A DNA stretch of 64,000 nucleotides from the NCBI GenBank assembly GCA_964484195.1, contig CAZAER010000013.1:54361-118360 (forward strand), written 5' to 3'. The stretch's first letter is position 1. Each line of letters begins with the position of its first letter. Positions 1-10,224 of this stretch are shown piece by piece. The stretch comes from an uncultured Bdellovibrionales bacterium (GTDB lineage: Bacteria > Myxococcota > XYA12-FULL-58-9 > JALHOP01). Below the pieces are notes generated by a model. That model worked only from the letters and a program-made list of their open reading frames with translations. It did not search any database and had not been told where the DNA came from. The position numbers were made by a program, and so were the translations under genes.

Positions 1-1
1 T

Positions 2-271
2 CCCGCGCCGGCTCTCTTCGCCATGAAGACCGGGGCGGTGGTCCTACCGGCGCTCATCCGCCGTGTCGGTCATAGCGGACGTCACGTGAGCACCATCTAT
101 CCCCCCATCGCCATGGAAGAGCCGCACCAAGACCGCGCCGAGAACCTACGGCACAACATGCAGCGCTTGAACGACTGGCTCGAGGCCGAGGTGCGCAAAA
201 CTCCCGAGCAGTGGCTGTGGCTGCACAAGCGCTGGAAGATGGAGCAAAACCTCGCGGAGTGGGGCCTGTGA
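2..271 (+). CDS. Lipid A acyltransferase (LpxL/HtrB family), C-terminal part, truncated by window edge
   Basis: C-terminal PEQWLWLHKRWK signature; frame open to window start (PAPALFAMKTGA). Confidence 0.85.
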   Translation, partial: PAPALFAMKTGAVVLPALIRRVGHSGRHVSTIYPPIAMEEPHQDRAENLRHNMQRLNDWLEAEVRKTPEQWLWLHKRWKMEQNLAEWGL

Positions 272-1161
272 CGCGCAAGAAGCGCGAGCTCTATTTCTCG
301 GGCGCGCCGGTCGAGCTCGATCCGCGCAAGCCGCTCCCCGGCGAGATCACTCCAGAGCGCCGCCGCGCCTTCATCTTCGCGGGCTCGCTGGTCGGCTGTT
401 TCTGCCTCGGTTTGGTGTTGGGCCTCGCGCTCGCGCCGCAAACCCCGGCCGAGATCCTCGCCAGGAACGAGGCTCTCGAAGGAGATCTCGCCGGTGCGCA
501 AAAGCGGATCACCGACCTCGAGCGCACCTTGCAGTATCGCGAGACCGAGAAGCCCATCAAAGCGGGCAAGCTCACCCCCGAGATCCGCGCCCGCAACCAA
601 CAGGGCATCGACCGCATCGCGGTGATGATGAAGCGCTTCAAGGCTCAGGGCGCCTCCGAGCTCATGGAGTGGTTCGGCAAGCGCTGGAACGACCTGCTCG
701 ATTCACCGGAGAACGAAGACCGCACCGGCCGGAGAGCGGCGACCTTGGCCTTGCTCATCGGTGGCATGGCCGAAAACATGCACCCGCAAGACTTCGTCGA
801 GTGGCAGGCGAGCTTCTTCCGCGGCAATTGGCTCGCCGAGCTGCACTACGACATCGATGGCGACGGCTTGCCCGGGCCGTCTTCGGCGCGCAATCCCAAA
901 GACGGCTTCGCCAACGTCTCGGTCTGTCAGATCGCCATGGCGTTGAACCAGTCGGTCACCGACACGCAGATCTTGATGACGCCGGACATGCGCTGTGATC
1001 GTCCGCAATCGCGGATGTCCCTCTTTCTCCAAGGGTCGACCTTCAAGAACGCCATCGACGAGTTCGTGGAAGCGGTGGAGCAAGAGGGCTTTTTGCTGGT
1101 CCAGCGCAAAGAGAAAAATGTTAGGTTGATTCTCGTCGGAACGAAGCCCGGCCAGCGATGA
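268..1161 (+). CDS. Hypothetical membrane-anchored protein with coiled coil
   Basis: GTG at 268 overlaps the upstream TGA; one TM helix (FIFAGSLVGCFCLGLVLGLAL), coiled coil, DIDGDG motif. Confidence 0.7.
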   Translation: MTRKKRELYFSGAPVELDPRKPLPGEITPERRRAFIFAGSLVGCFCLGLVLGLALAPQTPAEILARNEALEGDLAGAQKRITDLERTLQYRETEKPIKAGKLTPEIRARNQQGIDRIAVMMKRFKAQGASELMEWFGKRWNDLLDSPENEDRTGRRAATLALLIGGMAENMHPQDFVEWQASFFRGNWLAELHYDIDGDGLPGPSSARNPKDGFANVSVCQIAMALNQSVTDTQILMTPDMRCDRPQSRMSLFLQGSTFKNAIDEFVEAVEQEGFLLVQRKEKNVRLILVGTKPGQR

Positions 1162-1221
1162 CCCAGCGTCAGGCGCGCTTGGGACAACGCTTCGGCAAAT
1201 CCGACCGAGAAACTTGCCCAG

Positions 1222-1800
1222 ATGACGACGAGCGTGCCTTCCGTCCCAGTCCGCAAACCCGGCCTCAAAGCCTGGGCCGCGGTGCAGCGCGAAAAAGCTG
1301 GTGTTTGGGGCGCGGAGAAGCGTGAGCAAGGGCTCGTCTGGGCGCGCGCTCAGGAACAATCGCCCTCGGCGTTCCGCCGTAAGGCCGGGGCGACGCTCAT
1401 CGAGAACACCGAGCTCATGATGAAGGGGCGCTCGTTGAGCCGCGTCTACCGCCTCGAGCAGGTCCGGTACGTCGACGAGAGCGGCCAAGTCGCAGTGCGC
1501 GAGGTCGAGGTCCTGAAGAAGGTGCCCTCGACGTTTCTCGGGGTCTTCGGCTCGCTCGTCGCCGCCGGTTCCACCGCCTTCGGTATCGGTTACTTCGTCG
1601 CGTTGTTTGGCGGCGCGCTTTTCGCCATGGTGGCCGCCGGCGCCCGCAAGGCCAAGCGCCACGACATCGCTGTTCCCGCCGCACGCCTCTCGGCGCTCAC
1701 GACCATGGCGATGATTCCAGTGGCCGGCAACGCGTTCGTCGGGCTGATCTTGATGTCCGAGATCAACGCCCTTTGGCCGCGAAAACCCGCGGCCGCCTAA
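1222..1800 (+). CDS. Hypothetical protein with C-terminal hydrophobic helices
   Basis: 192-aa ORF, GC3-biased codons, 2-3 hydrophobic segments. Confidence 0.6.
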   Translation: MTTSVPSVPVRKPGLKAWAAVQREKAGVWGAEKREQGLVWARAQEQSPSAFRRKAGATLIENTELMMKGRSLSRVYRLEQVRYVDESGQVAVREVEVLKKVPSTFLGVFGSLVAAGSTAFGIGYFVALFGGALFAMVAAGARKAKRHDIAVPAARLSALTTMAMIPVAGNAFVGLILMSEINALWPRKPAAA

Positions 1801-1817
1801 ACGCTCCAGCGCCTCGC

Positions 1818-2105
1818 CTATTGCGCTGGGTTCATGTCGACCGGATGGAACCCAACCTCGAGCTTGGGCCAGCGGCTGGCGATGATGACGCGCACGGTGC
1901 GCTCGCGCATCTCGAGGTTGCGATCGGGGGTACGATTCGCGTCGACGCCGATGAAAAGCGATCGACCATCGTACTGCATCTGGGTGATGTCGATACCGCC
2001 GGTGTGCAGGGTGCCTGCAGCCGGGCGTAAGTATCGCTGTATTTCGTGAACGAAATCGGCGCGTTGCATACGCGTGAGCTCGGGAACGTCGGCGTGGTGG
2101 GTCAT
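1818..2105 (-). CDS. Small hypothetical protein
   Basis: ATG at 2105 lies 6 nt after a GTGTAAGT motif; fills the gap between flanking genes. Confidence 0.5.
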   Translation of the reverse strand: MTHHADVPELTRMQRADFVHEIQRYLRPAAGTLHTGGIDITQMQYDGRSLFIGVDANRTPDRNLEMRERTVRVIIASRWPKLEVGFHPVDMNPAQ

Positions 2106-2170
2106 ACCCCGACTTACACGCCCACCCAATCTCTCGGCTGGTCCTCGGCCCGGTCGAGGAGCGGCTCGAC

Positions 2171-3163
2171 TTACTTGCCGGTCGCTTCCTGAGCGATCGC
2201 CGTCTTGATGAGGTCGTTCACGTCGACCTTCTGCAGACCCACCGCGTTGCCACCGCCGGGTAGCACCACGATGCGTTTACCCTGGAGGGCACGCGCCAGA
2301 GCCAGCTTCACGTTGGTGCGGCCACCCGCCGTCGCCATGGCGCGATTGAGCTCGATGATGCCTTTCGCCTCGGCTTGCTTCTGTGCGGTGATCGCTTCCG
2401 CCTCTTTCTGACGCGAGAAGGCGTAAGCATCGGCGGCGAGCTTGGCGCGCTGCGCGGCACCTTGCTCTTGTGCGATCTGTTGCTCGACGTCACCGCGGGT
2501 CTTCTCGAGGGCCGCGACCCAAGCGCCCTGCGCGGCCTCTTTAGCGGACCGGTTGGTGTTCACCGACTGGTCGTAGACCTTCTTGTTGACGATGGCTTCC
2601 TGGTACTTCGGGTGGAAGCGATGGTCGCCGAGCGTGATGTTCTCGCAGGCGACGCCATACGCCTTGAGCGCCGTGTTCAGAGTTTCGACTGCTTCTTGCC
2701 CGGCCTTGAACTTCTTGTCGGTGTAGATCTCCTCGGAGGTAAGGCCGTTCAGCGCGTCACGCACCAGTGCACGCGATAGCGGACGAACCACCTTTTCCCG
2801 AAGATCCTCGTCATTCACCGCCACCGCTTTGAGGATGTGAATCGCCTGTTGTGGGTCGATGCGATAGAGCACGGTGACGTCGACGCCGACGTCGTTGCCG
2901 TCACGCGTCTTGAACTCGACGTCGTCCTGCTCGTCACGCTGGCCGTTGTCGTTGGCGCGCGTCATGGCGAGCGCCTGGGTCTGGGTGCTGAACGTGTACC
3001 AATCGTTCACGAACGGCATGAAGAAGTAGGTGCCGCCGGGCGCGTAGATGGTGGTGTCGAGGCCGGTCAGCTTGTTGACGCGCACGCCGACCTCGGTCGA
3101 GCCGGTGGAGCGTTGGGCGCAGGCGCTGGCGGCGAGAGCGAACACGAAGAGAGCGCGCTTCAT
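2171..3163 (-). CDS. SPFH/band 7/prohibitin-domain lipoprotein
   Basis: Lipobox-like ASAC; KTRDGNDVGVDVTVLYRI SPFH core; Ala/Glu coiled coil. Confidence 0.85.
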   Translation of the reverse strand: MKRALFVFALAASACAQRSTGSTEVGVRVNKLTGLDTTIYAPGGTYFFMPFVNDWYTFSTQTQALAMTRANDNGQRDEQDDVEFKTRDGNDVGVDVTVLYRIDPQQAIHILKAVAVNDEDLREKVVRPLSRALVRDALNGLTSEEIYTDKKFKAGQEAVETLNTALKAYGVACENITLGDHRFHPKYQEAIVNKKVYDQSVNTNRSAKEAAQGAWVAALEKTRGDVEQQIAQEQGAAQRAKLAADAYAFSRQKEAEAITAQKQAEAKGIIELNRAMATAGGRTNVKLALARALQGKRIVVLPGGGNAVGLQKVDVNDLIKTAIAQEATGK

Positions 3164-4218
3164 TCTGCACCAATCATCTTCATCATCGAGCCGATGTTGA
3201 GCGGGTTCACGCCGCGTGTTTCGTCGCCGACGACCACGAGATCGATCCCTTCGAGGACCTTCACCATCTCGAGCGCGACGAGGTTCGTCGTGCCACTCGA
3301 CGAGTAGGCCTCGTTGACCAGGGCCGTGCCTTTGGCCTCAGCGATGCGTACTTGGGCGTCACCTTCGGCTTCTTTCTTGCGCTTGTAGAGATCGGCCTCG
3401 GCGCGGATCTTCGTGACCTCGGCTTCGCCGCGTTGGGTTTCGACATCGACCGCGGCCTGGCCTTCGGACTCGACCTTGCGGCGCTCGGCGTCTTCTTTGG
3501 CGGCTTCACCCTTCGATTTGTTGGTGAAGACGAGCTGGTCTTGGACTTTGCGATTCTCGATCTGCTCCTGGTAGCCGGCCTCGTAGTAGTACTGGCGCAC
3601 CAGGACGTGATCGACCTCGATGCCGACGTCTTTCAAGAGCAGGTTGAGCTCGTCACGCGCACCGGTGGTGCGCTGAATGCGTCGTGACTCGTGATAGAAA
3701 TCTTCGGCGAGGAGCTGGCCGAGGTTCTTCTTGAGGGAGAGGACCGCTTTCGGAATGACCGCCGCGTCCTCGAAGGTCCGGCCGGGGCCGATCTTCGTCA
3801 TCACCGCGTAGGGGTCGATGATGCGGTAGAGCACCGTGGCGTCGACCTTCACTTTGGAGCCGTCCGAGGTGTCGACCTCGATGAGTCCGGTATGGCGGAC
3901 GTCGCCGACCCATGGAGCTTCGCTGCTCGTGCTCTCGGTCATTTCGAGCGCCTGCAGAGCGAGCGGGAAGCGATGCAGAGTCACGCCGGGCGCGGTGAAG
4001 TACCAGTGGCCACCCTCGTAGATGTCCGTCTGGATGCCGCTGCCGTACCGCGACTCTTTGATGGCCGACTCGTAAGGCGGCACGTAGTCGTAGCAAGCGT
4101 TGAACATGATGAAGATGCCGAGCACGGCGATGGCGATGGGGATGAGCCGCGTCGCCCGCGTGCCGCTGAACCAACGCGAGACGGTTGCGAAAGCTTGCTT
4201 GGGGTCTGGTGGGGGCAT
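3160..4218 (-). CDS. SPFH/band 7 (HflK/HflC-like) membrane protein
   Basis: N-terminal TM; TSDGSKVKVDATVLYRI; AEA-rich coiled coil; 4-bp overlap with paralog. Confidence 0.85.
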   Translation of the reverse strand: MPPPDPKQAFATVSRWFSGTRATRLIPIAIAVLGIFIMFNACYDYVPPYESAIKESRYGSGIQTDIYEGGHWYFTAPGVTLHRFPLALQALEMTESTSSEAPWVGDVRHTGLIEVDTSDGSKVKVDATVLYRIIDPYAVMTKIGPGRTFEDAAVIPKAVLSLKKNLGQLLAEDFYHESRRIQRTTGARDELNLLLKDVGIEVDHVLVRQYYYEAGYQEQIENRKVQDQLVFTNKSKGEAAKEDAERRKVESEGQAAVDVETQRGEAEVTKIRAEADLYKRKKEAEGDAQVRIAEAKGTALVNEAYSSSGTTNLVALEMVKVLEGIDLVVVGDETRGVNPLNIGSMMKMIGAE

Positions 4219-4268
4219 TGGCGCACAACGCTACGTGGCGCTTCTCGTTTGCGCAAAATCTCGGTCGC

Positions 4269-5138
4269 CTAAGGCGTCGCGGTGCTCTCGAGCATCGCTT
4301 TGATGCGCGCACGTTGCGGGGTGTCGGGGGCGACTGCCACGAACTGGGTGAAGCTTTCGCGCATGCGCTCGCTGTTACCTGCCTGCATGGCGAGCATGCC
4401 GCGGAAGAGCCAGGCGTCGGGGAGCTGCGGGTTTTTGCCGGTGATGGTGTCGAGTCGGCTATTGGCGCCGTCGACGTCGCCGGCCGCGGCCATGAGAACC
4501 GCCTCGTAGACCATGGCGATTTGATTGTCGGGGTCCAGGCGGCGGACACGGGCGACCGTCGTCTGCGCCTCTTCGAGCTGCTGGGTCGCGAGCAGCTGGC
4601 GGGCGTGCGCGAGTAGCTGCTGAACGTCGTTGCCGGCCGGTGCGGGGCGGGCAGCCATCGGACCGCCCATGGGCTCGCGTGGCTTCTGCTCGATGGCGAC
4701 GCTCGCGATGAGGATGCCACCGACGATGCCGACGCCTGCCACCCACGCGAGTGTGCGTGCCCAGGGGCGGGAGTCGAACCACGCCATCGCGGGTGACACT
4801 GGACCTTCGGAAACCGCGCGCTTGGGGCGGTCGGGACCGCTCACGATCACGTCTTTGCCCGCGATGACCGCGTCACGCTCGCGCAGGGCCGCTGCGGCGC
4901 GTGCCTCGAGCTCGGCGCGTTGCTCGGCGTAGAACTCGGGGTCGATGCGCGACTCCTGCAGCTGTAGATCGCGCAGCTGATTCACCGCGTGCTCGACGCG
5001 TTCTTCGAGATCGCGCAAGGTCATGTCGCGATCCGTCGTGCCGCCGGCGAGGCGTGCCGCGAGCTTCGACACCAAAGCGCCGAGCACCGCGCCGACCGCT
5101 AGGACGATGAAGCCGGGTAGCCAAACCGCGAAGGTCAT
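4269..5138 (-). CDS. ccmI: Cytochrome c biogenesis TPR protein (CcmI/CycH-like)
   Basis: Two TMs, QLRDL..IDPEFY segment, C-terminal TPR-like helices, in operon with ccmFGH. Confidence 0.7.
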   Translation of the reverse strand: MTFAVWLPGFIVLAVGAVLGALVSKLAARLAGGTTDRDMTLRDLEERVEHAVNQLRDLQLQESRIDPEFYAEQRAELEARAAAALRERDAVIAGKDVIVSGPDRPKRAVSEGPVSPAMAWFDSRPWARTLAWVAGVGIVGGILIASVAIEQKPREPMGGPMAARPAPAGNDVQQLLAHARQLLATQQLEEAQTTVARVRRLDPDNQIAMVYEAVLMAAAGDVDGANSRLDTITGKNPQLPDAWLFRGMLAMQAGNSERMRESFTQFVAVAPDTPQRARIKAMLESTATP

Positions 5139-5557
5139 TGTTCGACCTCACGGCGCACCGCATCGAGGTAGGGATCGGCAGCAGGTGTTGCGGTCGTAGC
5201 GACTTTTTTAGCGGACGGGGTGCGCTTGGTGTAGCGGCGGAGGACGAGCAGGCCAACGAGTAACGCGATCGGCGGCAAGGTCCACAGGAGGATGAGGACC
5301 CCATCTTTACGCGGCTCGAGCAGCACCCAATCGCCGTAGCGTTCGGTGAAGTAGTCGATGATCTGGTCGCGCGATTTTCCCTCGCCTTGCATCTCGCGAA
5401 CCTTGGCCATCATGGCCTGGGCCATCTCCGACGGCGACTCGCTGATCGGCATGCCCTGACACACCGGGCAGCGCAGGCGTTGGCCGATGGCGTGTGCTTC
5501 CGCTTCAGCGGACGCAGGGGCAGCGGCCAAGACCAACAAGGCGACGAGAATGCTCAC
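5135..5557 (-). CDS. ccmH: Cytochrome c biogenesis protein CcmH
   Basis: LRCPVCQG and YFTERYGDWVLLEP motifs; GTG start overlapping ccmG stop. Confidence 0.92.
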   Translation of the reverse strand: MSILVALLVLAAAPASAEAEAHAIGQRLRCPVCQGMPISESPSEMAQAMMAKVREMQGEGKSRDQIIDYFTERYGDWVLLEPRKDGVLILLWTLPPIALLVGLLVLRRYTKRTPSAKKVATTATPAADPYLDAVRREVEQ

Positions 5558-6075
5558 GAGCCCCCCGCGCGATGATCGAGCCAGCGTCGTAGCTCCTGGC
5601 CACTGATCACTCCAGGTGATTTCTCGCGGACCATTCCGTCTTTGTCGACGAGGTAGGTCTCGGGCACGCCGGAGATGCCATAGTCGATGGCCACCGAGGT
5701 CGACGGGTCGAGCAGGTGCGGATAGACGCTCGCGTGCTTGTCGAGATACGCGCGCACCGAATCTTCGTTGTCTTGATAGACGACGCCGACGAACTGCACC
5801 GTCTCGCCGTAGTAGCTCGACGCTTGCTGCAGCATGTCGTGCTCGTATTTGCAGGGCTCGCACCATGTCGCCCAGAAGTTCAGCACCACCGGCTTCCCGC
5901 GCAGGTCGGACAGCTTCATGGTGCCGCCCGAGAGGGTACGCAACGTGAAGTCGGGGGCGGGCTTGTCACGCAGCGCGAAAGGTACCGCGTGCGGGTCGCG
6001 GCCGAAGCCGAACGCCAACAGGCCAATGAGCGGCAAGACGACGAGCGCCGCGATGATGACGTTGCGCCACTTCAT
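5554..6075 (-). CDS. ccmG: Thiol:disulfide oxidoreductase CcmG/DsbE (TlpA family)
   Basis: LNFWATWCEPC and GVPETY motifs; N-terminal TM. Confidence 0.9.
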   Translation of the reverse strand: MKWRNVIIAALVVLPLIGLLAFGFGRDPHAVPFALRDKPAPDFTLRTLSGGTMKLSDLRGKPVVLNFWATWCEPCKYEHDMLQQASSYYGETVQFVGVVYQDNEDSVRAYLDKHASVYPHLLDPSTSVAIDYGISGVPETYLVDKDGMVREKSPGVISGQELRRWLDHRAGGS

Positions 6076-8054
6076 GTCGCGGTGGCTCCTTCGGGCAGGG
6101 TCGCTTCACGCGTACGGCGCTTCGGCCAGAGCGCCGTGAGCGAGCCTGCCGCGATCAGTGGGATGGCGTACCAGAGCCAAACGACCAGCGGGATGGTGAA
6201 CGCACGCACACCGATGCGGCTTCCATCGCGCTCGATCGACAACAGCGACAGGTACAGATCGATCTGGCCGATGGTGAAGACGTCGGGCGTGCCGATGGGC
6301 TCGCGCTGATTGTCGTAGTAGTTGAGCGCCGGCGCCATGTAGCCGACGACCTTGTCGCCTTCGGTCACGGTCAGGTGCGCGAGCACGACGTCGCGGTGTT
6401 CTTCTTTTCGCAGCCCGCCGCGCTCGTAAATGACCGTGTACTTGCCGACGCGGAAGCTCTCTCCCGGCGCCAGCGACGCTTCGGTGGTCGCCTTGTAGGT
6501 CGCCGAAGCGGACACCGCGGCGACGATGACGATGACCGCGATGTGCACCACGTAGCCGCCGAACCGCCGGCGATTGGCCGCGATGCTGGCCGCGAGGGCG
6601 GAGACGAAGCCTTCCTTGCGCCGCTTTTGCCGCTCGCGGGCCGGCGCCACCATCTCGCGCAGGGTCACCGCCATGGCGAAACCACAAAGACCGAACGTGA
6701 ACAGCGCCAGCCATTCGCGGACGCCCGCGGCGAAGCAGGCCACCATGACTACCGCCAAAGCGGACACGGGCACGACGAAGCTGCGCAACACTTCCATACC
6801 CTGGGGCTTGCCCCACGGGAGCACCGGCCCGACGCCCATCATGAAGACCATCAACAGCCCGATGGGCACCGCCATGCGGTTGAAGTACGGCTCGCCGACG
6901 CTCACCTGCGTGCCACGCACGGCTTCGGTGACCAGCGGGAAGATCGTACCGAGCAAGACCGTGAAGGTGAGGACCACGAAGACGAGGTTGTTGAGCAAGA
7001 AGGCGCTCTCGCGGCTCATCACCGCTTCGATGCGACCTTCGCTCTCGAGCAAGTGGGCGCGGCCGACGAGGAGCCCGAGCGAGGCGATCATCACGAGCGC
7101 CAGGAACGTGAGGAACACCGGCCCGATGGGTGACTGCGTGAACGAGTGGACCGAGTTGAAGACGCCCGAGCGGGTCATGAACGTACCCAGGATGGTGAGC
7201 AGGAATGCCCCGAGCACGAGCGACAAGGTCCAGGCCTTGAGGATGCGGCGGCGCTCCTGGACGACCGTCGAGTGGAGATAACCGGTCGCTGCGAGCCAAG
7301 GCAGGAGCGAGGCATTCTCGACCGGGTCCCACGCCCAGTAACCGCCCCAGCCGAGGACCTCGTAGGCCCACCAGCCACCGAGGACGATGCCGATGGATAA
7401 GAAGGTCCAGGGAATCATCGTCCAGCGGCGCAACGGCTTGAGCCAGCCCTCCGATAGGCGCCCGCGCAACAACGCCGCGACCGCGATGCCGAAGGGTACG
7501 GTCATGCCGACGTAGCCCAGGTAGAGCGACGGCGGATGAATGACCATGAGGATGTGGTTCTGCAATAGCGGATTAGGACCGGGGCCATCCGGCGGCACCG
7601 GCGACACCGCGGTGAACGGATTGGCGACACCTGCAACCAAGAGCGCGAAAAACGCAGCGACGAAGAGGATCGTCGCCAAAGCGTAGGCCATGTACTCGCG
7701 GTAGGCCTGACGGTTGAAATACGTGAACGCCGCGACGTAGGCCCCGAGGATTGCACCCCAGAACAAGATCGAGCCTTCGAGCGACGACCACAGGGACACG
7801 ACGGTGACCCAGGTCGGCGACGCGCGGCTGCCGACCTGCGTGACGTATTTCACCGAGAAATCGTGCGCGAGCAGGGCCCGCATCATGACGACGTTGGCGA
7901 AGACCATGGCGCCGGCGAACAAATAGGCGGCACGCTCGGTGAGATTCAGCAGGCGTAAGCTCTGCCGCGCCCCACCCACGAAGCCGACAACGACGCCGAA
8001 GCTCGCGGCGAGGAGAGCGAGTAGAACCGCGGCTTGTCCCAGGAGCGAATGCAT
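6072..8054 (-). CDS. ccmF: Heme lyase CcmF
   Basis: WGGYWAWDPVEN (WWD domain), HPPSLYLGY, SVHSF. Confidence 0.97.
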   Translation of the reverse strand: MHSLLGQAAVLLALLAASFGVVVGFVGGARQSLRLLNLTERAAYLFAGAMVFANVVMMRALLAHDFSVKYVTQVGSRASPTWVTVVSLWSSLEGSILFWGAILGAYVAAFTYFNRQAYREYMAYALATILFVAAFFALLVAGVANPFTAVSPVPPDGPGPNPLLQNHILMVIHPPSLYLGYVGMTVPFGIAVAALLRGRLSEGWLKPLRRWTMIPWTFLSIGIVLGGWWAYEVLGWGGYWAWDPVENASLLPWLAATGYLHSTVVQERRRILKAWTLSLVLGAFLLTILGTFMTRSGVFNSVHSFTQSPIGPVFLTFLALVMIASLGLLVGRAHLLESEGRIEAVMSRESAFLLNNLVFVVLTFTVLLGTIFPLVTEAVRGTQVSVGEPYFNRMAVPIGLLMVFMMGVGPVLPWGKPQGMEVLRSFVVPVSALAVVMVACFAAGVREWLALFTFGLCGFAMAVTLREMVAPARERQKRRKEGFVSALAASIAANRRRFGGYVVHIAVIVIVAAVSASATYKATTEASLAPGESFRVGKYTVIYERGGLRKEEHRDVVLAHLTVTEGDKVVGYMAPALNYYDNQREPIGTPDVFTIGQIDLYLSLLSIERDGSRIGVRAFTIPLVVWLWYAIPLIAAGSLTALWPKRRTREATLPEGATAT

Positions 8055-8063
8055 CGACCGACG

Positions 8064-8753
8064 CTATAGGCGCAGACGCCGTGCGCCGACAACTGGAGCG
8101 TGGCTCACCAACAGACAAGCGAAGCCTACCTCCGCCTGGAGCTTGGTGAGGGTTTCCAGCGCTTCGGCGCGTGCTGCCTCATCGAGGGCCGAGACCGGCT
8201 CATCGGCGAGGATGAGCTCGGGAGCGCCGACGAGGGCGCGTGCAAGTGCGACACGTTGTCGCTCACCGCCCGACAAGGTCGCCGGATAGCGGCCAGCAAG
8301 GTGGCGGGCCTGCGTCCGTTCGAGCGCTTCGAGGGCGAGTCTATCGGCCTCGTGGCGGCTGCTGCCGGTGAGCAGCACCGGTTCCGCGACACTCGCGAGA
8401 GCGGTGAAACGGGGATTGAGGGCCGCGCTCGGGTGCTGGAAGAGCAGACGAACACGTCGGCGATAGTCACGCAGGGCAGACCCGCGCACGTGTGTGACGT
8501 CGTTGCCCAACCACAAGAGAGCGCCCGCTTCCGGCTCGAGCAGCCGTGCGACGCACTGCAAGAGTGTGGTTTTGCCGGCGCCGCTCGCGCCTTCGACGAG
8601 CACGAGCTCGCCGCGCCCGACCTCGAAGGAGATGGGCTTCAAGGCTTGGACGGTGCGTTGCCGTAGGCCCGGCAGACGATGGTTCTTCGACAGCTTACGA
8701 ACCGAGAGCAGCGGCGTGGCGTCGACCTCACCGCTATAGCAGACGGAGGTCAA
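8064..8753 (-). CDS. Peptide ABC transporter ATP-binding subunit
   Basis: Walker A GASGAGKT, LSGGERQRV, ILADEPVSALD. Confidence 0.9.
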   Translation of the reverse strand: MTSVCYSGEVDATPLLSVRKLSKNHRLPGLRQRTVQALKPISFEVGRGELVLVEGASGAGKTTLLQCVARLLEPEAGALLWLGNDVTHVRGSALRDYRRRVRLLFQHPSAALNPRFTALASVAEPVLLTGSSRHEADRLALEALERTQARHLAGRYPATLSGGERQRVALARALVGAPELILADEPVSALDEAARAEALETLTKLQAEVGFACLLVSHAPVVGARRLRL

Positions 8754-9385
8754 TCGGTGAGGCTCGCCATGATGGCTTCGATCATTTCGTCGGCGGGAAG
8801 CCCGTGGTCGACCAGCACGCGGGCAATGCCGACCAGCATGACACGTGCGTCCGGGAGATGACGCGGGTCGTACGACGTGCCGTTGAACGCCCCGGTGAGC
8901 GCTTTCCTGGTGCGGTCGGGGTGGCCGGCGGCTCCGGCGAGCTTTTGCAACGCCTCGAGCGCTTTCGGATCCGGCATCAGCTGGTCCATGGAGATGCGGC
9001 TCACCGGCGGCGGCTCCTGCATGGATAGAGGCAGCTGGGGCGCCAAGGGATCGTCTTGTGGTGCGACCACGGGGGGAAGCAGCGCGGCCATGTCTTCGGG
9101 ACTGGTGCCCGCGACCATGGAACGCAAGTCGCCGGTCGGCTCGGTGTCCGTGAGCATCGCTTCGAGCTGCGCGTCGGCGGGCGAGCTGGTGATCGGTCGA
9201 TTGGCGACGGGTGCCGGCTCGACGGTCATGGCGCTCGGGAAGACGGGTGCGGCGTCGAGCTCGAGCGATACCTCGACGTCACCACCAAGAGGCGCCCCAC
9301 GTGCGAGCTCTTCGGCAGCGGTGCGTAGCTCGCGCTCGGTCTCCGCCGAAATGATGCCGCGAGGCGCGGAGCGAGGCTTCTCCAT
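8750..9385 (-). CDS. Hypothetical protein (Pro-rich linker, helical C-terminal domain)
   Basis: 211-aa ORF inside the operon with 4-bp overlap to the ATPase. Confidence 0.7.
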   Translation of the reverse strand: MEKPRSAPRGIISAETERELRTAAEELARGAPLGGDVEVSLELDAAPVFPSAMTVEPAPVANRPITSSPADAQLEAMLTDTEPTGDLRSMVAGTSPEDMAALLPPVVAPQDDPLAPQLPLSMQEPPPVSRISMDQLMPDPKALEALQKLAGAAGHPDRTRKALTGAFNGTSYDPRHLPDARVMLVGIARVLVDHGLPADEMIEAIMASLTD

Positions 9386-9402
9386 GGTGCCCTATGAACG
9401 TA

Positions 9403-10224
9403 TCAGGGGCTGGCCCGATCCGACAACAATCGACCATTGCGGCCGCCCATGGCCTCGCCCAAGACATTGCAGGCGACCGTGAGGCTGATGAGCGCGAGGC
9501 CAGGCGCCACGATGAGCCACCAAGCACCCAAGTGTTGAGCTGCGCCGCGCATGAGCCCACCCCAGCTCGCGACCGCGTCTGGCACACCGAAGCCGAGGAA
9601 CGACAGCGACGCCTCGACCAGCGTCGCGGTGGCGACTCCGAATGCGAACGCGACCGCGATGAGCGGTATCAGATGCGGCAGCAGGTGACGGCGCACCACA
9701 TACGACGCCGAAGCACCCATCGCCTCCGCGGCCTTCACGAAGTCGAGCGTTTTCAAGCGCATGGTTTCGGCGCGCACCAAACGCGCGAGTGGCGGCCAGG
9801 CAGAGCCGCCGATGACGCCGATGACGAGCAGCGTGCTGGGAGTCGCGACGACACCCATGACCGCGAGCGCGACGAAGAAGATGGGTAACGCGAGCACGGC
9901 ATCGATGAGACGCGTGATCAGGCGATCGACCAAGGGTGGGCCGTATCCAGCCGCGAGTCCCAGCACGACGCCGATGACGACCATGATCGACGCGGCTCCG
10001 AAGCCGACCGCGAAGGTCAGGCGGGTCCCGTGGACGAGACGGGAGAGCACGTCTCGCCGCGCAGTGTCGGTGCCGAGCACATGGGACGCGTCAGGGGCGC
10101 TGGCTGGGGTGACGCTCTTGTCGACGGTATCGGGCGCCCAACCCGTCATGCCGGTCATCACGTCCGCTAAAGCGGCGACGACGAGCCAGGTCCCGAGGAC
10201 CACGATGGCGATGGTGCGCGTCAC
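9403..10224 (-). CDS. Peptide ABC transporter permease (OppC/DppC)
   Basis: LGTDTARRDVLSRLVHGTR, DFVKAAEAMGAS EAA loop, EASLSFLGFG; GTG start inferred from overlap. Confidence 0.9.
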   Translation of the reverse strand: MTRTIAIVVLGTWLVVAALADVMTGMTGWAPDTVDKSVTPASAPDASHVLGTDTARRDVLSRLVHGTRLTFAVGFGAASIMVVIGVVLGLAAGYGPPLVDRLITRLIDAVLALPIFFVALAVMGVVATPSTLLVIGVIGGSAWPPLARLVRAETMRLKTLDFVKAAEAMGASASYVVRRHLLPHLIPLIAVAFAFGVATATLVEASLSFLGFGVPDAVASWGGLMRGAAQHLGAWWLIVAPGLALISLTVACNVLGEAMGGRNGRLLSDRASP